Assembly (NCBI GenBank): GCA_022865355.1
Contig: JALHST010000222.1
Location: forward strand, 12,443 to 76,442
Length of the DNA stretch: 64,000 nt
Direction of reading: 5' to 3'
From: Maribacter sp.
Lineage (GTDB): Bacteria; Bacteroidota; Bacteroidia; Flavobacteriales; Flavobacteriaceae
Under the pieces are notes generated by a model, which made no database searches, was not told the DNA's origin, and was given only the letters and a program-made list of their open reading frames with translations. How positions within the stretch are numbered: position 1 is the stretch's first letter; the number at the start of each line of letters is the position of its first letter. Below, in pieces: positions 47,932-58,086 of this stretch. The position numbers and the translations under genes are program-made.

Positions 47932-48888
47932 TTACTTTTTGGGTTTGTAGTTCGCCTTCTTAAATATTTCCTCTGCCGGTAAATTCAGCAGTTGTTGTAG
48001 GGTGATGGAATTCCTTTCCATAAAAGACCGTACGATTTGCCAACCCACATACCGTCCTAGCCGTCCGGGGGATTCGTTGTCGAGTTCCAGGCCAAACTTG
48101 GAAAAAGGGGCCGGATCCAAAAATCGCGGACCTAATTTGCGATCGGTACTATACAAATATTCCTGCTCGATAAAATTACGCCAAATAGGTTCCTCGTTCG
48201 CTTGGGCCCAAGCAAGTTCATCTTCTGAATATCCTATTTTTTGTGCATCGGTAGCCGAAGGCATTATTTTGTCCTTCAAATAGAGTTCTTTGCCATAATA
48301 GATCATTTGCGACAGGAAAGACCGATCGTTTGGCCTTGGAACCAATTTTTTCGCAACGGCACTGGCCACATCGCTAATGAGATACCTAGCGTCCAAACCT
48401 TTGGCGATGTATTTCGGGAATCCGCCATAGAATTTATGGTCTGGTCCCAAATAACTGTCGAGTTCAATAAAAAGCACTGTATCATTAAGCATAATCCGAT
48501 TCTGGTAATCTACGTCATTTACTACCGTAATTACCCGTGGTATCCGGTAATCGGGAAAATAATATTTGATATGTTTAAAAAGCTGTTCCAACCCCAAGGT
48601 TTCGGCATCGAAATCGGCATAGGCTTTTCCAACTTCCGACAAAAGCTCTATTTGTAAGGTATCACTGAGTTTTGCTACCCAAATACTGTCAGGTGCCGGG
48701 AAGAGATAGGGATATTTTTCGCGCAGGTTCGGAATATCACTCGCCTGGGCACGTGCAAATTCCCTATCGAAGCGCGAAATATTCATATCAACGTGTATCT
48801 TCTCGATTTCTCCTGCCAGCTTATCATTGTCATTACAGGCGAAAATGAACACTGAAATCAACAATATCACAAAAATTCGCTTTACCAT
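47932..48888 (-). CDS. gldB: Gliding motility lipoprotein GldB
   Basis: 318 aa. Lipoprotein signal ILLISVFIFAC. gldB-gldC pair lies divergent from nadE. Confidence 0.85.
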   Translation of the reverse strand: MVKRIFVILLISVFIFACNDNDKLAGEIEKIHVDMNISRFDREFARAQASDIPNLREKYPYLFPAPDSIWVAKLSDTLQIELLSEVGKAYADFDAETLGLEQLFKHIKYYFPDYRIPRVITVVNDVDYQNRIMLNDTVLFIELDSYLGPDHKFYGGFPKYIAKGLDARYLISDVASAVAKKLVPRPNDRSFLSQMIYYGKELYLKDKIMPSATDAQKIGYSEDELAWAQANEEPIWRNFIEQEYLYSTDRKLGPRFLDPAPFSKFGLELDNESPGRLGRYVGWQIVRSFMERNSITLQQLLNLPAEEIFKKANYKPKK

Positions 48889-48979
48889 ATCAACTAATTT
48901 CGACCAAACTTTAATATTAAGAAGCTACACATTAATTTTATCGAGTAAAGTTAACGGTTTTAACCTAATCAAAAGGCCC

Positions 48980-49777
48980 ATGCAAACTGAAAAAGTAGTC
49001 GATTATATTGTCAATTGGTTGAAGGAATATGCCAGCAATGCCAAAATGAACGGATTTGCCATTGGGGTTTCAGGGGGCATCGATTCGGCCGTAACCTCCA
49101 CCTTGTGTGCCAAAACAGGGTTGCAGCTCCTGTGCGTTGAAATGCCCATTCATCAATCGAAGAAGCAAGTGAGCAGGGCATTGAATCATATCGAGTGGCT
49201 CAAAAGAAATTTTAAAAATGTAGCCGCCACGACCTTGAACTTAACGCCTGTATTCGATACCCTTGTAGCCACTTTGCCCAAGGTTGAAAACGAAGACGAC
49301 CGGTTTTTATCCTTGGCCAATACCCGTGCCCGCCTACGCATGACCACCCTATACTATTTCGCCGGTATAAACCGATATTTGGTGGCCGGTACAGGGAACA
49401 AGGTGGAAGATTTTGGTGTTGGCTTTTATACGAAATACGGCGATGGCGGGGTAGATCTGAGCCCAATTGCCGATTTATTAAAAACCGAGGTCTACGAAAT
49501 TGCCCGTTTTTTAGGTATCAATGAGGAAATCTTAAAAGCTCCCCCTACCGATGGCCTTTGGGGCGATAATCGAACGGATGAAGATCAAATCGGCGCTTCC
49601 TACCCAGAACTTGAATGGGCGATGCAAATGGCGGAAAAGGGCATGAAATTAGACGATTTTACGGGTCGTAAAAAAGAAGTTTTCGCAATCTACAACCGAT
49701 TAAACGCACTTAATCGACATAAGATGATTCCTATACCGGTTTGCGAAATACCAAAAATGTTAAAACAAACCACTTGA
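48980..49777 (+). CDS. nadE: NH3-dependent NAD+ synthetase
   Basis: Contains MQTEKVVDYIVNWLKEY and the PP-loop GVSGGIDSAV. I chose the ATG at 48980 because the longer ORF-track start (48827) would overlap gldB. Confidence 0.92.
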   Translation: MQTEKVVDYIVNWLKEYASNAKMNGFAIGVSGGIDSAVTSTLCAKTGLQLLCVEMPIHQSKKQVSRALNHIEWLKRNFKNVAATTLNLTPVFDTLVATLPKVENEDDRFLSLANTRARLRMTTLYYFAGINRYLVAGTGNKVEDFGVGFYTKYGDGGVDLSPIADLLKTEVYEIARFLGINEEILKAPPTDGLWGDNRTDEDQIGASYPELEWAMQMAEKGMKLDDFTGRKKEVFAIYNRLNALNRHKMIPIPVCEIPKMLKQTT

Positions 49778-49940
49778 CTAAGAATCAAGTAGATAAAACG
49801 AATAAAATATCAATATCACAGAATTTTAAGAAAAATATTTCATTTTTGTCTTCGAAATCAGATAATTAAAACCTACATTGCATGTCAGTATTTTTAGACC
49901 TGCTTCCTAGATTTTAGTTATCTAGAAAAAAAAATAAATA

Positions 49941-50570
49941 ATGACCAAAGTTTTAATTGCAGACAATCACCCTATTGTACGTATGGGTATACGAAATGTT
50001 TTGGAATCTGCCTCCGGTTTTGAAGTCCTTGGCGATGTTTCTACCACTTCCGAACTTTTTGAAAAACTAGCAAAACTCGCTCCCGATGTCGTAATGCTTG
50101 AAATGGACATTCCTGAAATAAATGGCATTGCCACCTTGCGGAAAATAAAAAAGGAATATCCGAATATCAGGGTTTTGATTTACAGTGGCCAATCAGAGGA
50201 CGTTTATGCTCTAAGTACGATAAGGGCCGGTGCGTTTGGGTATCTTTCAAAAGCATCGGATATCGATTACATTATTTCGGCCTTACGAAAAGTTGCCGAG
50301 GGCAATATGTTCATAACCAATGAACTTGCCCAGCGTCTCGCCTTCGATGAAGGAACACAAAAACCGAGAAGGTTCTTTAGAAAACTTTCAACACGGGAAG
50401 TCGAAGTACTTAAATTGTTGGCCAGTGGCAAACGAAATAAGGATGTTGCGTCGGGACTGAATCTTAACGAGAAAACCGTTAGCACGTACAAAGCGCGTTT
50501 GATGAAAAAATTAAACGTTGACAATATGGTCGATTTGCTGCAACAGGCCAAAGCCTTGGAGCTTTACTAA
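49941..50570 (+). CDS. NarL/FixJ(LuxR)-type response regulator; no adjacent histidine kinase
   Basis: 209 aa. Receiver domain (VLIADNHPIVRMG, DVVMLEMDIPE) plus a LuxR HTH (LSTREVEVLKLLASGKRNKDVASGLNLNEKTVSTYKARLMKKL). Confidence 0.9.
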   Translation: MTKVLIADNHPIVRMGIRNVLESASGFEVLGDVSTTSELFEKLAKLAPDVVMLEMDIPEINGIATLRKIKKEYPNIRVLIYSGQSEDVYALSTIRAGAFGYLSKASDIDYIISALRKVAEGNMFITNELAQRLAFDEGTQKPRRFFRKLSTREVEVLKLLASGKRNKDVASGLNLNEKTVSTYKARLMKKLNVDNMVDLLQQAKALELY

Positions 50571-50595
50571 TCGAAACGATTTTAATATAAATTTA

Positions 50596-50624
50596 AAAGA
50601 CCCCCGAAAATTCGGGGGTCTTTT
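50596..50624. terminator. Bidirectional rho-independent terminator between the response regulator and dnaG
   Basis: AAAAGACCCCCG-AAAA-TTCGGGGGTCTTTT is a GC-rich stem flanked by A-runs and T-runs on both strands. Confidence 0.85.
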
Positions 50625-50628
50625 AAAT

Positions 50629-52626
50629 TTAGTAAAATTGCTTTATCACCAAATCGTTCTTTTTGGCAAGTGTCTTTTTCAAATCATTGTAATTCCTTAT
50701 GTCTTCCATTTGCTCCTGTTTCGCTAAACCATTTTCATTATTATTTTGGATAGTGTTGGCGATATCATTTATAATATCATTGATTAGCTTCAAGCGAATC
50801 GAGACAATAGTTTGAGAAACCCTTTGGACAATATCAGTTTCTTTTGCCTTTACATAAATATCCCTTCGTTCCCAATCATCAAGAACATATTTATTCTCAC
50901 TCATGTCAAGATCCACTATCAAACCAGATATTTCTTGAGGAACGGTATTCATCCATTCTTTGAATTCAAAATTATCATCATTTATGAGCCTCTCGATTAA
51001 TAACCTATAGATATATTTAAAATTCTCATCTAAAAATTCAATTTCATCTTCCTGTAAATCGAGATAAATCTTCTCTGCTACTTTCCTTTCCAATTCATCT
51101 TTTATCAAAATCATCTCTCCATTTTCGTCTATCTCTTGATAAAACTCGATGAATTTTTCAATTTTCATGCCGAATTGCAATAAAATTTTAAGGATTTCCT
51201 GTTCATGAAAATATTGAATATTTACTTTTTCAACGGTTGCATCGTTCTTTACTACCTCGAAGGCTTTTTGTTCTTCTTGAATTTTTTTTGAAGCGTCTGA
51301 AATTTCCTTTTTTCCGATTTGCGCCAGCGTACTGAAGAGTACCCCTTCAGAGACGTTCATAATATGTGCACATTCCTGAATGTAGATTTCCCTTTTGATG
51401 GCATCCGGGATTTTGGCAATGCTATTCACAATATCCCGCACGGTTTCGGCCCGTTTTATGGGATCATTCGCCGCTTCCTTGGCCAGAAGGTTCGCTTTGA
51501 ATTGAATAAAATCTTTTGCGTTTTCCTGCAAAAAAATAAGCACCTCCCCATAGTCATTGTTCTTGGCAAAACTATCGGGATCTTGGCCCTCGGGAAAAGT
51601 ACAGACCTTGACATTCATGCCCTGTTCCAGGATAAGGTCGATACCGCGCAATGAAGCGCGCAGTCCGGCCGCATCCCCATCGAATAAAACGGTAATGTTT
51701 TTGGTAAGTCGATTGATCAACCGTATTTGTTCGGGCGTCAAGGCGGTACCACTGGAAGCCACGACGTTGTGGATGCCCCTTTGATAAAATTGGATGACAT
51801 CGGTATAGCCCTCGACCAAAAAGCAATTGTCTTCTTTAGCAATGGCCTGTTTAGCAAAATTAATACCATAGAGCACTTTGCTTTTGTGGTATATTTCACT
51901 TTCAGGTGAATTCATATATTTCGCGGCCTTCTTATCATTTGTCAGTATACGGCCCCCAAAGCCCAAGACCCTGCCGCTCATTGAATGAATTGGAAACATG
52001 ACCCTAGCTTTAAACCGATCAAAAGAGCGAAATTCGCCTGGATTGGCTGCATCTTCCTTGACAATAGTAAGCCCCGTTTTTTCTAAATATTCAAGTTGAT
52101 AGCCTTGGTCAAGTGCCGATTTGGTGAAGCTGTCCCATTGATCCAGACAATATCCCAGACCAAACTTTTTAATAGTCTCCTCGGTAAAACCCCGCTCCTT
52201 GAAATAGCTAAGTCCGATCGCCTTCCCCAGTTCGGTTTCCCACAACATTTCGGAAAAATGTCGTTGGGCAAACTCTGAGACCAAGTACATGCTTTCACGT
52301 TCGTTCGATGCCACTTTATCCTCATCGGAACGCTCGGTTTCCTCGATTTCTATATTATACTTTTTGGCCAAATATCGGATGGCTTCTGGATAAGTAAAAT
52401 GCTCGTGTTCCATTAGGAACGCCACTACATTGCCCCCTTTTCCACTGCTAAAATCCTTCCAAATCTGCTTTACCGGAGATACCATAAAACTCGGCGTTCG
52501 CTCGTCTGTAAACGGGCTAAGCCCCTTAAAATTCGAACCTGACTTCTTCAATTGCACAAAATCGCCAATGACTTCCTCCAGACGGGCAGTTTCATAAACT
52601 TGATCAATGGTAGATTTTGAAATCAT
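50629..52626 (-). CDS. dnaG: DNA primase
   Basis: 665 aa. RNA-polymerase core, Toprim domain (VEGYTDV, LFDGDAAG) and a long helical C-terminal domain. The N-terminal zinc-binding-domain homolog lacks the Cys/His ligands (see findings). Confidence 0.93.
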   Translation of the reverse strand: MISKSTIDQVYETARLEEVIGDFVQLKKSGSNFKGLSPFTDERTPSFMVSPVKQIWKDFSSGKGGNVVAFLMEHEHFTYPEAIRYLAKKYNIEIEETERSDEDKVASNERESMYLVSEFAQRHFSEMLWETELGKAIGLSYFKERGFTEETIKKFGLGYCLDQWDSFTKSALDQGYQLEYLEKTGLTIVKEDAANPGEFRSFDRFKARVMFPIHSMSGRVLGFGGRILTNDKKAAKYMNSPESEIYHKSKVLYGINFAKQAIAKEDNCFLVEGYTDVIQFYQRGIHNVVASSGTALTPEQIRLINRLTKNITVLFDGDAAGLRASLRGIDLILEQGMNVKVCTFPEGQDPDSFAKNNDYGEVLIFLQENAKDFIQFKANLLAKEAANDPIKRAETVRDIVNSIAKIPDAIKREIYIQECAHIMNVSEGVLFSTLAQIGKKEISDASKKIQEEQKAFEVVKNDATVEKVNIQYFHEQEILKILLQFGMKIEKFIEFYQEIDENGEMILIKDELERKVAEKIYLDLQEDEIEFLDENFKYIYRLLIERLINDDNFEFKEWMNTVPQEISGLIVDLDMSENKYVLDDWERRDIYVKAKETDIVQRVSQTIVSIRLKLINDIINDIANTIQNNNENGLAKQEQMEDIRNYNDLKKTLAKKNDLVIKQFY

Positions 52627-52753
52627 CGCGAACTCTTGTAGGAGGTTAAAAGTAACAATTTTTGTATCGCATAAAAAACTTGCGACTTAATACCACTCTA
52701 ATTTTTAGATTCCATCTAAAATAGAGTAATTTGACATTAAAACCGGTTATAAA

Positions 52754-52993
52754 ATGATTCTCTTTTTTGGAACGCGGCCAGGAAAAACCGAAATCAAGAC
52801 CCTCGAAAAGATTCGATGTCCCTATTGCCAGCAAGTCGGTACCCTGACGGTTTCGAAGACCAGCAATTGGTTTCACTTCTTTTGGATAAAGATTTTTAAA
52901 ATTTCAACGCGTACCGTAGCCGAATGTTCACACTGCAAGCGGGTCTATTTTGAAGATGAATTTAGCCCGGAAATGTTGAACTCGATTCATTGA
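52754..52993 (+). CDS. Small zinc-ribbon protein
   Basis: 79 aa. CPYC...CSHC pairs flank a hydrophobic/aromatic segment (NWFHFFWIKIF). Confidence 0.5.
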   Translation: MILFFGTRPGKTEIKTLEKIRCPYCQQVGTLTVSKTSNWFHFFWIKIFKISTRTVAECSHCKRVYFEDEFSPEMLNSIH

Positions 52994-53110
52994 CGGGGAA
53001 TGAAGCCATTGCCACCCCAGGTATTGCTTCAACAGCAAACAGAAAGTTCGGCACAACATTATTGTTTGGTCTGTATCGAAATGGTAGAAAATAATAAAGA
53101 CGCTGAGACA

Positions 53111-54088
53111 CTACTTCTTTCGCTCGACCACATAATTGACCATTAGCTGCAGGGAACTTTTATATTCGGAGGGTGGATAGGCATTCAATAAAGCGAGGGC
53201 CTCCTCTTTAAAGGTCAGCATTCTTGTAACGGCGTAATCGAGTCCGCCGTTTTCTTTCACAAAGGCAATAACTTCCTTTACTCTTTTCTTATCGGTATTG
53301 TGATTTTTTATTGAATTTATAAGCCAATTTTTATCAGCCTTGCTACAATGATTCAGGACATGGATCAGTGGAAGCGTCATCTTTTGTTCCTTTATGTCGA
53401 TTCCGGTGGGTTTCCCGATTTCCTGTTCCCCGTAGTCAAAAAGATCATCTTTTATTTGAAATGCCATCCCACAGAGCTCCCCGAATTTTCGAAATTTCTC
53501 GACGTCGGGCGAATCGGGTTTTACTGAACAGGCCCCCAAACTACAGCATGCGGCGATTAGGGTAGCCGTTTTTTGGCGTATGATTTCGTAATAGATGTCC
53601 TCGGTAATATCAAGTCGTCGTGCTTTTTCAATTTGAAGGAGTTCACCCTCACTAATTTCACGCATCGCCACAGAAATGATCCTTAACAAATCAAAATCCC
53701 CATTATCAACAGACAACAGCATCCCGCGCGCCAAAAGAAAATCGCCTACCAACACAGCAATCTTATTTTTCCAAAGTGCGTTTATTGAAAAGAAGCCCCT
53801 GCGCTTGTTACTATCATCAACGACGTCATCATGCACCAAACTCGCGGTATGGATCAGTTCGATTACCGAGGCGCCCCGATAGGTGCGCTCGTTCACTTCA
53901 CCATCGTTCAGCAACTTAGCGGTCAAGAAGACAAACATAGGACGCATTTGCTTGCCTTTGCGATTCACGATGTAGTAGGTGATTCGATTCAGCAAAGCCA
54001 CCTTTGAAGTCATTGATTCGAGGAACTTACTCTCGAATAGCTCCATTTCCTTATTGATGGGTTCCTTTATTTGTGATACGACTTTCAC
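53111..54088 (-). CDS. Polyprenyl diphosphate synthase (IspB-like)
   Basis: 325 aa. First Asp-rich motif LVHDDVVDD and second motif FQIKDDLFD. Confidence 0.9.
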   Translation of the reverse strand: MKVVSQIKEPINKEMELFESKFLESMTSKVALLNRITYYIVNRKGKQMRPMFVFLTAKLLNDGEVNERTYRGASVIELIHTASLVHDDVVDDSNKRRGFFSINALWKNKIAVLVGDFLLARGMLLSVDNGDFDLLRIISVAMREISEGELLQIEKARRLDITEDIYYEIIRQKTATLIAACCSLGACSVKPDSPDVEKFRKFGELCGMAFQIKDDLFDYGEQEIGKPTGIDIKEQKMTLPLIHVLNHCSKADKNWLINSIKNHNTDKKRVKEVIAFVKENGGLDYAVTRMLTFKEEALALLNAYPPSEYKSSLQLMVNYVVERKK

Positions 54089-54423
54089 CTAATTCTGTTT
54101 TTTTGTGCCTGTTCGGGCCGCGATAAAAATAGGGAAAATAAGCAAGGGGTACGAAATAACGCTATGAAATAAAGTGGATGAAGCAGGTGCTTCGAAATGC
54201 GAAATTCAAGACAGGAAATATGAAGTAAGACGCAAGAGTTTGGAGGTTCGAAGTTGCAAATTAGAGTCCAATGAACAGTACGCAGTATGACTTAACTAGC
54301 AACCAATAACTAGTAACTTAATATTGGAATTTGGCCCCTCCCGATAGCTATCGGGAGCTATCGGGGTGGAATTTGGTATTTGGTGCTTTTCATAAAAATC
54401 CTTAGGTCATGCAAAAGACATCA

Positions 54424-55497
54424 TTAGGATTTATTCGCCAGTTGGCCACAGGCCGCGTCGATATCCTTCCCCCGGGAACGGCGCACCGTGACTACAATTC
54501 CGTTTTTCTCCAAGGTATTCACATACATCGCTATGGCTTGCTTCGAGGCTTGCTTGAAAGATCCATCATCTATGGGGTTGTATTCGATAATATTTACCTT
54601 TGAAGGTGCAAATCCGCAAAAATCCACTAGGGCGTCTACATCCTTTTGGGTATCATTGATTCCTTCCCAAACCACATACTCATAGGTAATCCTACTTTGG
54701 GTCTTTTGATACCAATACACAAGTGCTTCGCGCAGGTCGGTCAATGAAAAGGTCGCGTTAAATGGCATAATGCGCGTGCGTATTTCATCAATGGCCGAAT
54801 GCAAAGAAACGGCGAGTTTGAACTTTACCGCATCATCGGCCATTTTTTTAATCATTTTCGGAACCCCCGAAGTTGAGACGGTAATTCGTTTTGGGGACAT
54901 CCCGAGTCCTTCCGGGGACGTAATTTTGTCTATGGCCTTCAATACATTGTTATAGTTCATCAAAGGTTCTCCCATCCCCATAAAAACAATGTTGCTCAAA
55001 GGTCTGTCAAAGTATAGACGGCTCTCATTGTCTATGGCCACCACTTGGTCATAGATTTCGTCGGGGTTTAAATTGCGCATCCGCTTCAATCGCGCCGTAG
55101 CACAGAATTTGCAATCCAAGCTACAACCCACCTGACTTGAAACACATGCCGTGGTGCGCGTTTTAGTAGGAATAAGCACTGATTCGACGATCAGATCATC
55201 GTACAACCTTACGGCATTCTTAATGGTGCCATCACTACTGCGCTGCATTTGATCAACTTGTATGTTGTTGATCACAAAATTTTCATGCAACATCGCACGG
55301 GTTTCCTTGGTAAGATTGGTCATACCCTCAAACGAATGGGCCGACTTCTGCCAAAGCCATTCGTATACCTGGTTGCCTCTAAAGGATTGATCGCCCTGGG
55401 CGACGAAAAATTCGCGCAGTTGTTCTTTTGTTAGTGCCCGTATGTCCTTTTTTTTAATATCCACGATTAGAAAGATAAAAAATCCTGCCAGAACCAA
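54424..55497 (-). CDS. rlmN: 23S rRNA/tRNA (adenine-C2)-methyltransferase, radical SAM
   Basis: Radical-SAM motif CSLDCKFCAT, also MGMGEPL and a C-terminal DIDAACGQL. The true start is possibly the GTG at 55464 (VDIKKKDIRAL...). Confidence 0.92.
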   Translation of the reverse strand: MVLAGFFIFLIVDIKKKDIRALTKEQLREFFVAQGDQSFRGNQVYEWLWQKSAHSFEGMTNLTKETRAMLHENFVINNIQVDQMQRSSDGTIKNAVRLYDDLIVESVLIPTKTRTTACVSSQVGCSLDCKFCATARLKRMRNLNPDEIYDQVVAIDNESRLYFDRPLSNIVFMGMGEPLMNYNNVLKAIDKITSPEGLGMSPKRITVSTSGVPKMIKKMADDAVKFKLAVSLHSAIDEIRTRIMPFNATFSLTDLREALVYWYQKTQSRITYEYVVWEGINDTQKDVDALVDFCGFAPSKVNIIEYNPIDDGSFKQASKQAIAMYVNTLEKNGIVVTVRRSRGKDIDAACGQLANKS

Positions 55498-55544
55498 CCT
55501 ACGTTTGGAAATTTGACAGGATCATAATTATTAGGTGCCAGGGG

Positions 55545-56594
55545 CTATAGAATCAACATCGCATCCCCATAGGAATAGAATTTATAACCTTCGATGATCG
55601 CCTCTTTATAAGAGCGCTTCATAAGATCATGACCCATAAATGCCGATACCATCATTAACAAGGTAGATTTCGGTAAGTGAAAATTGGTTACCATGGCATT
55701 CGCGATGCTAAAATCATGTGGTGGAAACACAAACTTGTTCGTCCATCCATCAAAAGTGTTCAACTTTTGATCCGAAGATACCGCACTTTCCAAGGCACGC
55801 ATGGCCGTGGTGCCAACCGCGCAAATTCTGCGTTTATTCTTTTTGGCAGTATTGACAATTTCAGTGGCCTTTTCATCGATAATCAGTTCTTCGCTATCCA
55901 TTTTGTGTTTGGAAAGATCTTCGACCTCTACCGGATTAAACGTCCCCAAACCGACATGCAAGGTAACCTCGGCAAAATTAATGCCCTTGATTTCCAAACG
56001 CTTCAGCAAATGTTTCGAAAAGTGCAATCCCGCAGTAGGTGCCGCCACGGCACCTTCATGCTTGGCATAAATGGTCTGGTAGCGTTCCTCATCCTCAGGT
56101 TCGACCGATCTTTTAATGTACTTTGGCAAGGGTGTCTCGCCAAGTTCCCTTAATTTTCTACGGAAATCGGTGTACGATCCATCGTAAAGAAAGCGTAAGG
56201 TTCTCCCACGGGAAGTAGTATTGTCAATTACTTCCGCCACCAGATCATCATCGTTCCCAAAATAGAGTTTATTTCCAATTCGAATCTTTCTGGCGGGATC
56301 CACCAATACATCCCAAAGGCGTTGCTCTTCATTCAGTTCGCGCAGCAAAAACACTTCAATTCTTGCACCGGTTTTTTCCTTGTTTCCGTATAAACGTGCA
56401 GGAAAGACCTTGGTATTGTTAAGCACCATAACATCTCCCTCATCAAAATAGTCGATAAGATCTTTGAACAACTTGTGCTCGATTTTACCCGTATCCCTAT
56501 GGACAACCATGAGTTTTGACTCATCCCTATTTTCTGCGGGATATTCTGCCAATAATCCATTCGGTAGCTCAAAACTAAAGTGCGATAATTTCAT
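55545..56594 (-). CDS. queA: S-adenosylmethionine:tRNA ribosyltransferase-isomerase
   Basis: 349 aa. Contains [40 protein letters not shown] and YSYGDAMLI. Confidence 0.95.
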   Translation of the reverse strand: MKLSHFSFELPNGLLAEYPAENRDESKLMVVHRDTGKIEHKLFKDLIDYFDEGDVMVLNNTKVFPARLYGNKEKTGARIEVFLLRELNEEQRLWDVLVDPARKIRIGNKLYFGNDDDLVAEVIDNTTSRGRTLRFLYDGSYTDFRRKLRELGETPLPKYIKRSVEPEDEERYQTIYAKHEGAVAAPTAGLHFSKHLLKRLEIKGINFAEVTLHVGLGTFNPVEVEDLSKHKMDSEELIIDEKATEIVNTAKKNKRRICAVGTTAMRALESAVSSDQKLNTFDGWTNKFVFPPHDFSIANAMVTNFHLPKSTLLMMVSAFMGHDLMKRSYKEAIIEGYKFYSYGDAMLIL

Positions 56595-56813
56595 GTATGT
56601 ATACTATTTATTTTTATTGGATAAACCTGTGTGTAAGTCCTTCCTTAGAAAGTTTGGAAGTTGGGCCGACATCTTGTTATCATTCGTCGTTTTGTGCATC
56701 GATACCAAAATGTATTTTAGAATGTCTCTTCCCAATTATATCAAGCATTTTGCGGATGCAAATATACGACGCCCCGATAGCGGATGTCAAGTAAAAGGAT
56801 CATTATATCGCAA

Positions 56814-58043
56814 TTATAATTTTTTGACCTTTAATCCCAATTTTTCAAGGTCTTCCCAAAAATCAGGATACGACTTTGAAACCACTTCATAATTGTTAAT
56901 GAATAAGGAAGTTTTCATTGCCAATGGGCCAAACGCCATGGCCATTCGATGGTCATTATAGGTGTCGATCGTACGATTTTTTAGAATCGAATCCGAGGGT
57001 GCCAAGGTGAGTGCCCTGTCGGTTACGGAAATGCGGGCCCCGAATTTGGAAAGTTCGGTTTTCATCGCTTCCAAACGATCCGTTTCCTTTATTTTCAAGG
57101 TGTGCAAACCACTCAAATGGCAGGCAATCCCCAAGCCGAAACAAGTTACCGCAATAGTTTGGGCAATATCGGGGGCATCTGAAAGATCCAAGTTAAAGTT
57201 TTCAGGTTTTGAATTGGCTATCTTCTGTAATTTAATTTCATTACCATTAAAATTAGTCTGCACCCCTAATTGCCCATAAATCTCCGATAAAACCCTATCG
57301 CCTTGAAGGCTATTCTTTTTATAGGCAGAAAGTATAATTTCAGAACCCACGTCAGACAACGCGACCATGCTATAAAAATAAGAAGCCGAACTCCAGTCAG
57401 ATTCTACGACCACGACGATGGGATCAATTGATTTTTTTGGAGCAACTGTAATAATATTCCCGTCAAAAGAGGTAGTTATACCAATTTGATTCAATAGTCC
57501 CAAGGTCATTTTTATATAGGGTACCGAGGTAATGGTTCCTATCAATTCAAGCTCTAAACCTTTTGTCATCTTTGGCGCAATCAATAGAAGTGAGGAAATG
57601 TATTGGCTACTGATATTCGCAGGAAGACTGACCCTGTTTTTTGGTAAATTTTTTCCCCGTATCCGAATTGGGGGAAAACCTTCATTTTGAAGATATTCAA
57701 TTTCAGCCCCTAATATTCGCAAGGCCTCTACAAGTACCTTGATAGGTCTTTCGGTCATTCTTTGGGAGCCCGTGAGCGTTACTTCCAAACCTTTCTGGGA
57801 AGCGAAATACCCCGTTAGAAATCGCATGGCCGTGCCCGCATGATGAATATCGACAATTCCTTTATCTATGGTCAACCCTTTTTGCATGACTTTCGAATCG
57901 TCTGAATTCGATAGGTTTTCAATTGCAATATTCGGATACAAGGCCTTCAATAACAACAATCGATTTGACTCACTCTTTGAGCCTGTAATCGCTATCTGCG
58001 AATTCAAGAGTTTGGATTCGGGACCGGAAAGATGTATTTTCAA
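56814..58043 (-). CDS. aroA: 3-phosphoshikimate 1-carboxyvinyltransferase (EPSP synthase)
   Basis: 409 aa. Contains GSKSESNRLLLL, HAGTAMRFL, ETDRLEAM and NDHRMAMAF. Confidence 0.93.
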   Translation of the reverse strand: MKIHLSGPESKLLNSQIAITGSKSESNRLLLLKALYPNIAIENLSNSDDSKVMQKGLTIDKGIVDIHHAGTAMRFLTGYFASQKGLEVTLTGSQRMTERPIKVLVEALRILGAEIEYLQNEGFPPIRIRGKNLPKNRVSLPANISSQYISSLLLIAPKMTKGLELELIGTITSVPYIKMTLGLLNQIGITTSFDGNIITVAPKKSIDPIVVVVESDWSSASYFYSMVALSDVGSEIILSAYKKNSLQGDRVLSEIYGQLGVQTNFNGNEIKLQKIANSKPENFNLDLSDAPDIAQTIAVTCFGLGIACHLSGLHTLKIKETDRLEAMKTELSKFGARISVTDRALTLAPSDSILKNRTIDTYNDHRMAMAFGPLAMKTSLFINNYEVVSKSYPDFWEDLEKLGLKVKKL

Positions 58044-58086
58044 TACAATTGATTTTAGACTCTAGAAATGAGGCCCAAATATAGTA

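Noticed and set aside
48827-48979. N-terminal extension of nadE, as suggested by the longest ORF.
   Set aside because: - The extension overlaps the 5' end of gldB on the opposite strand.
- It encodes no NadE-like sequence.
- The canonical NadE N-terminus (MQTEKVVDYIVNWLKEY) begins at the ATG at 48980.
49941-50570. Orphan response regulator as part of a novel signalling system.
   Set aside because: - Stand-alone NarL/LuxR-type regulators are common.
- The neighbours (nadE, dnaG) are unrelated housekeeping genes.
- The gene has its own terminator.
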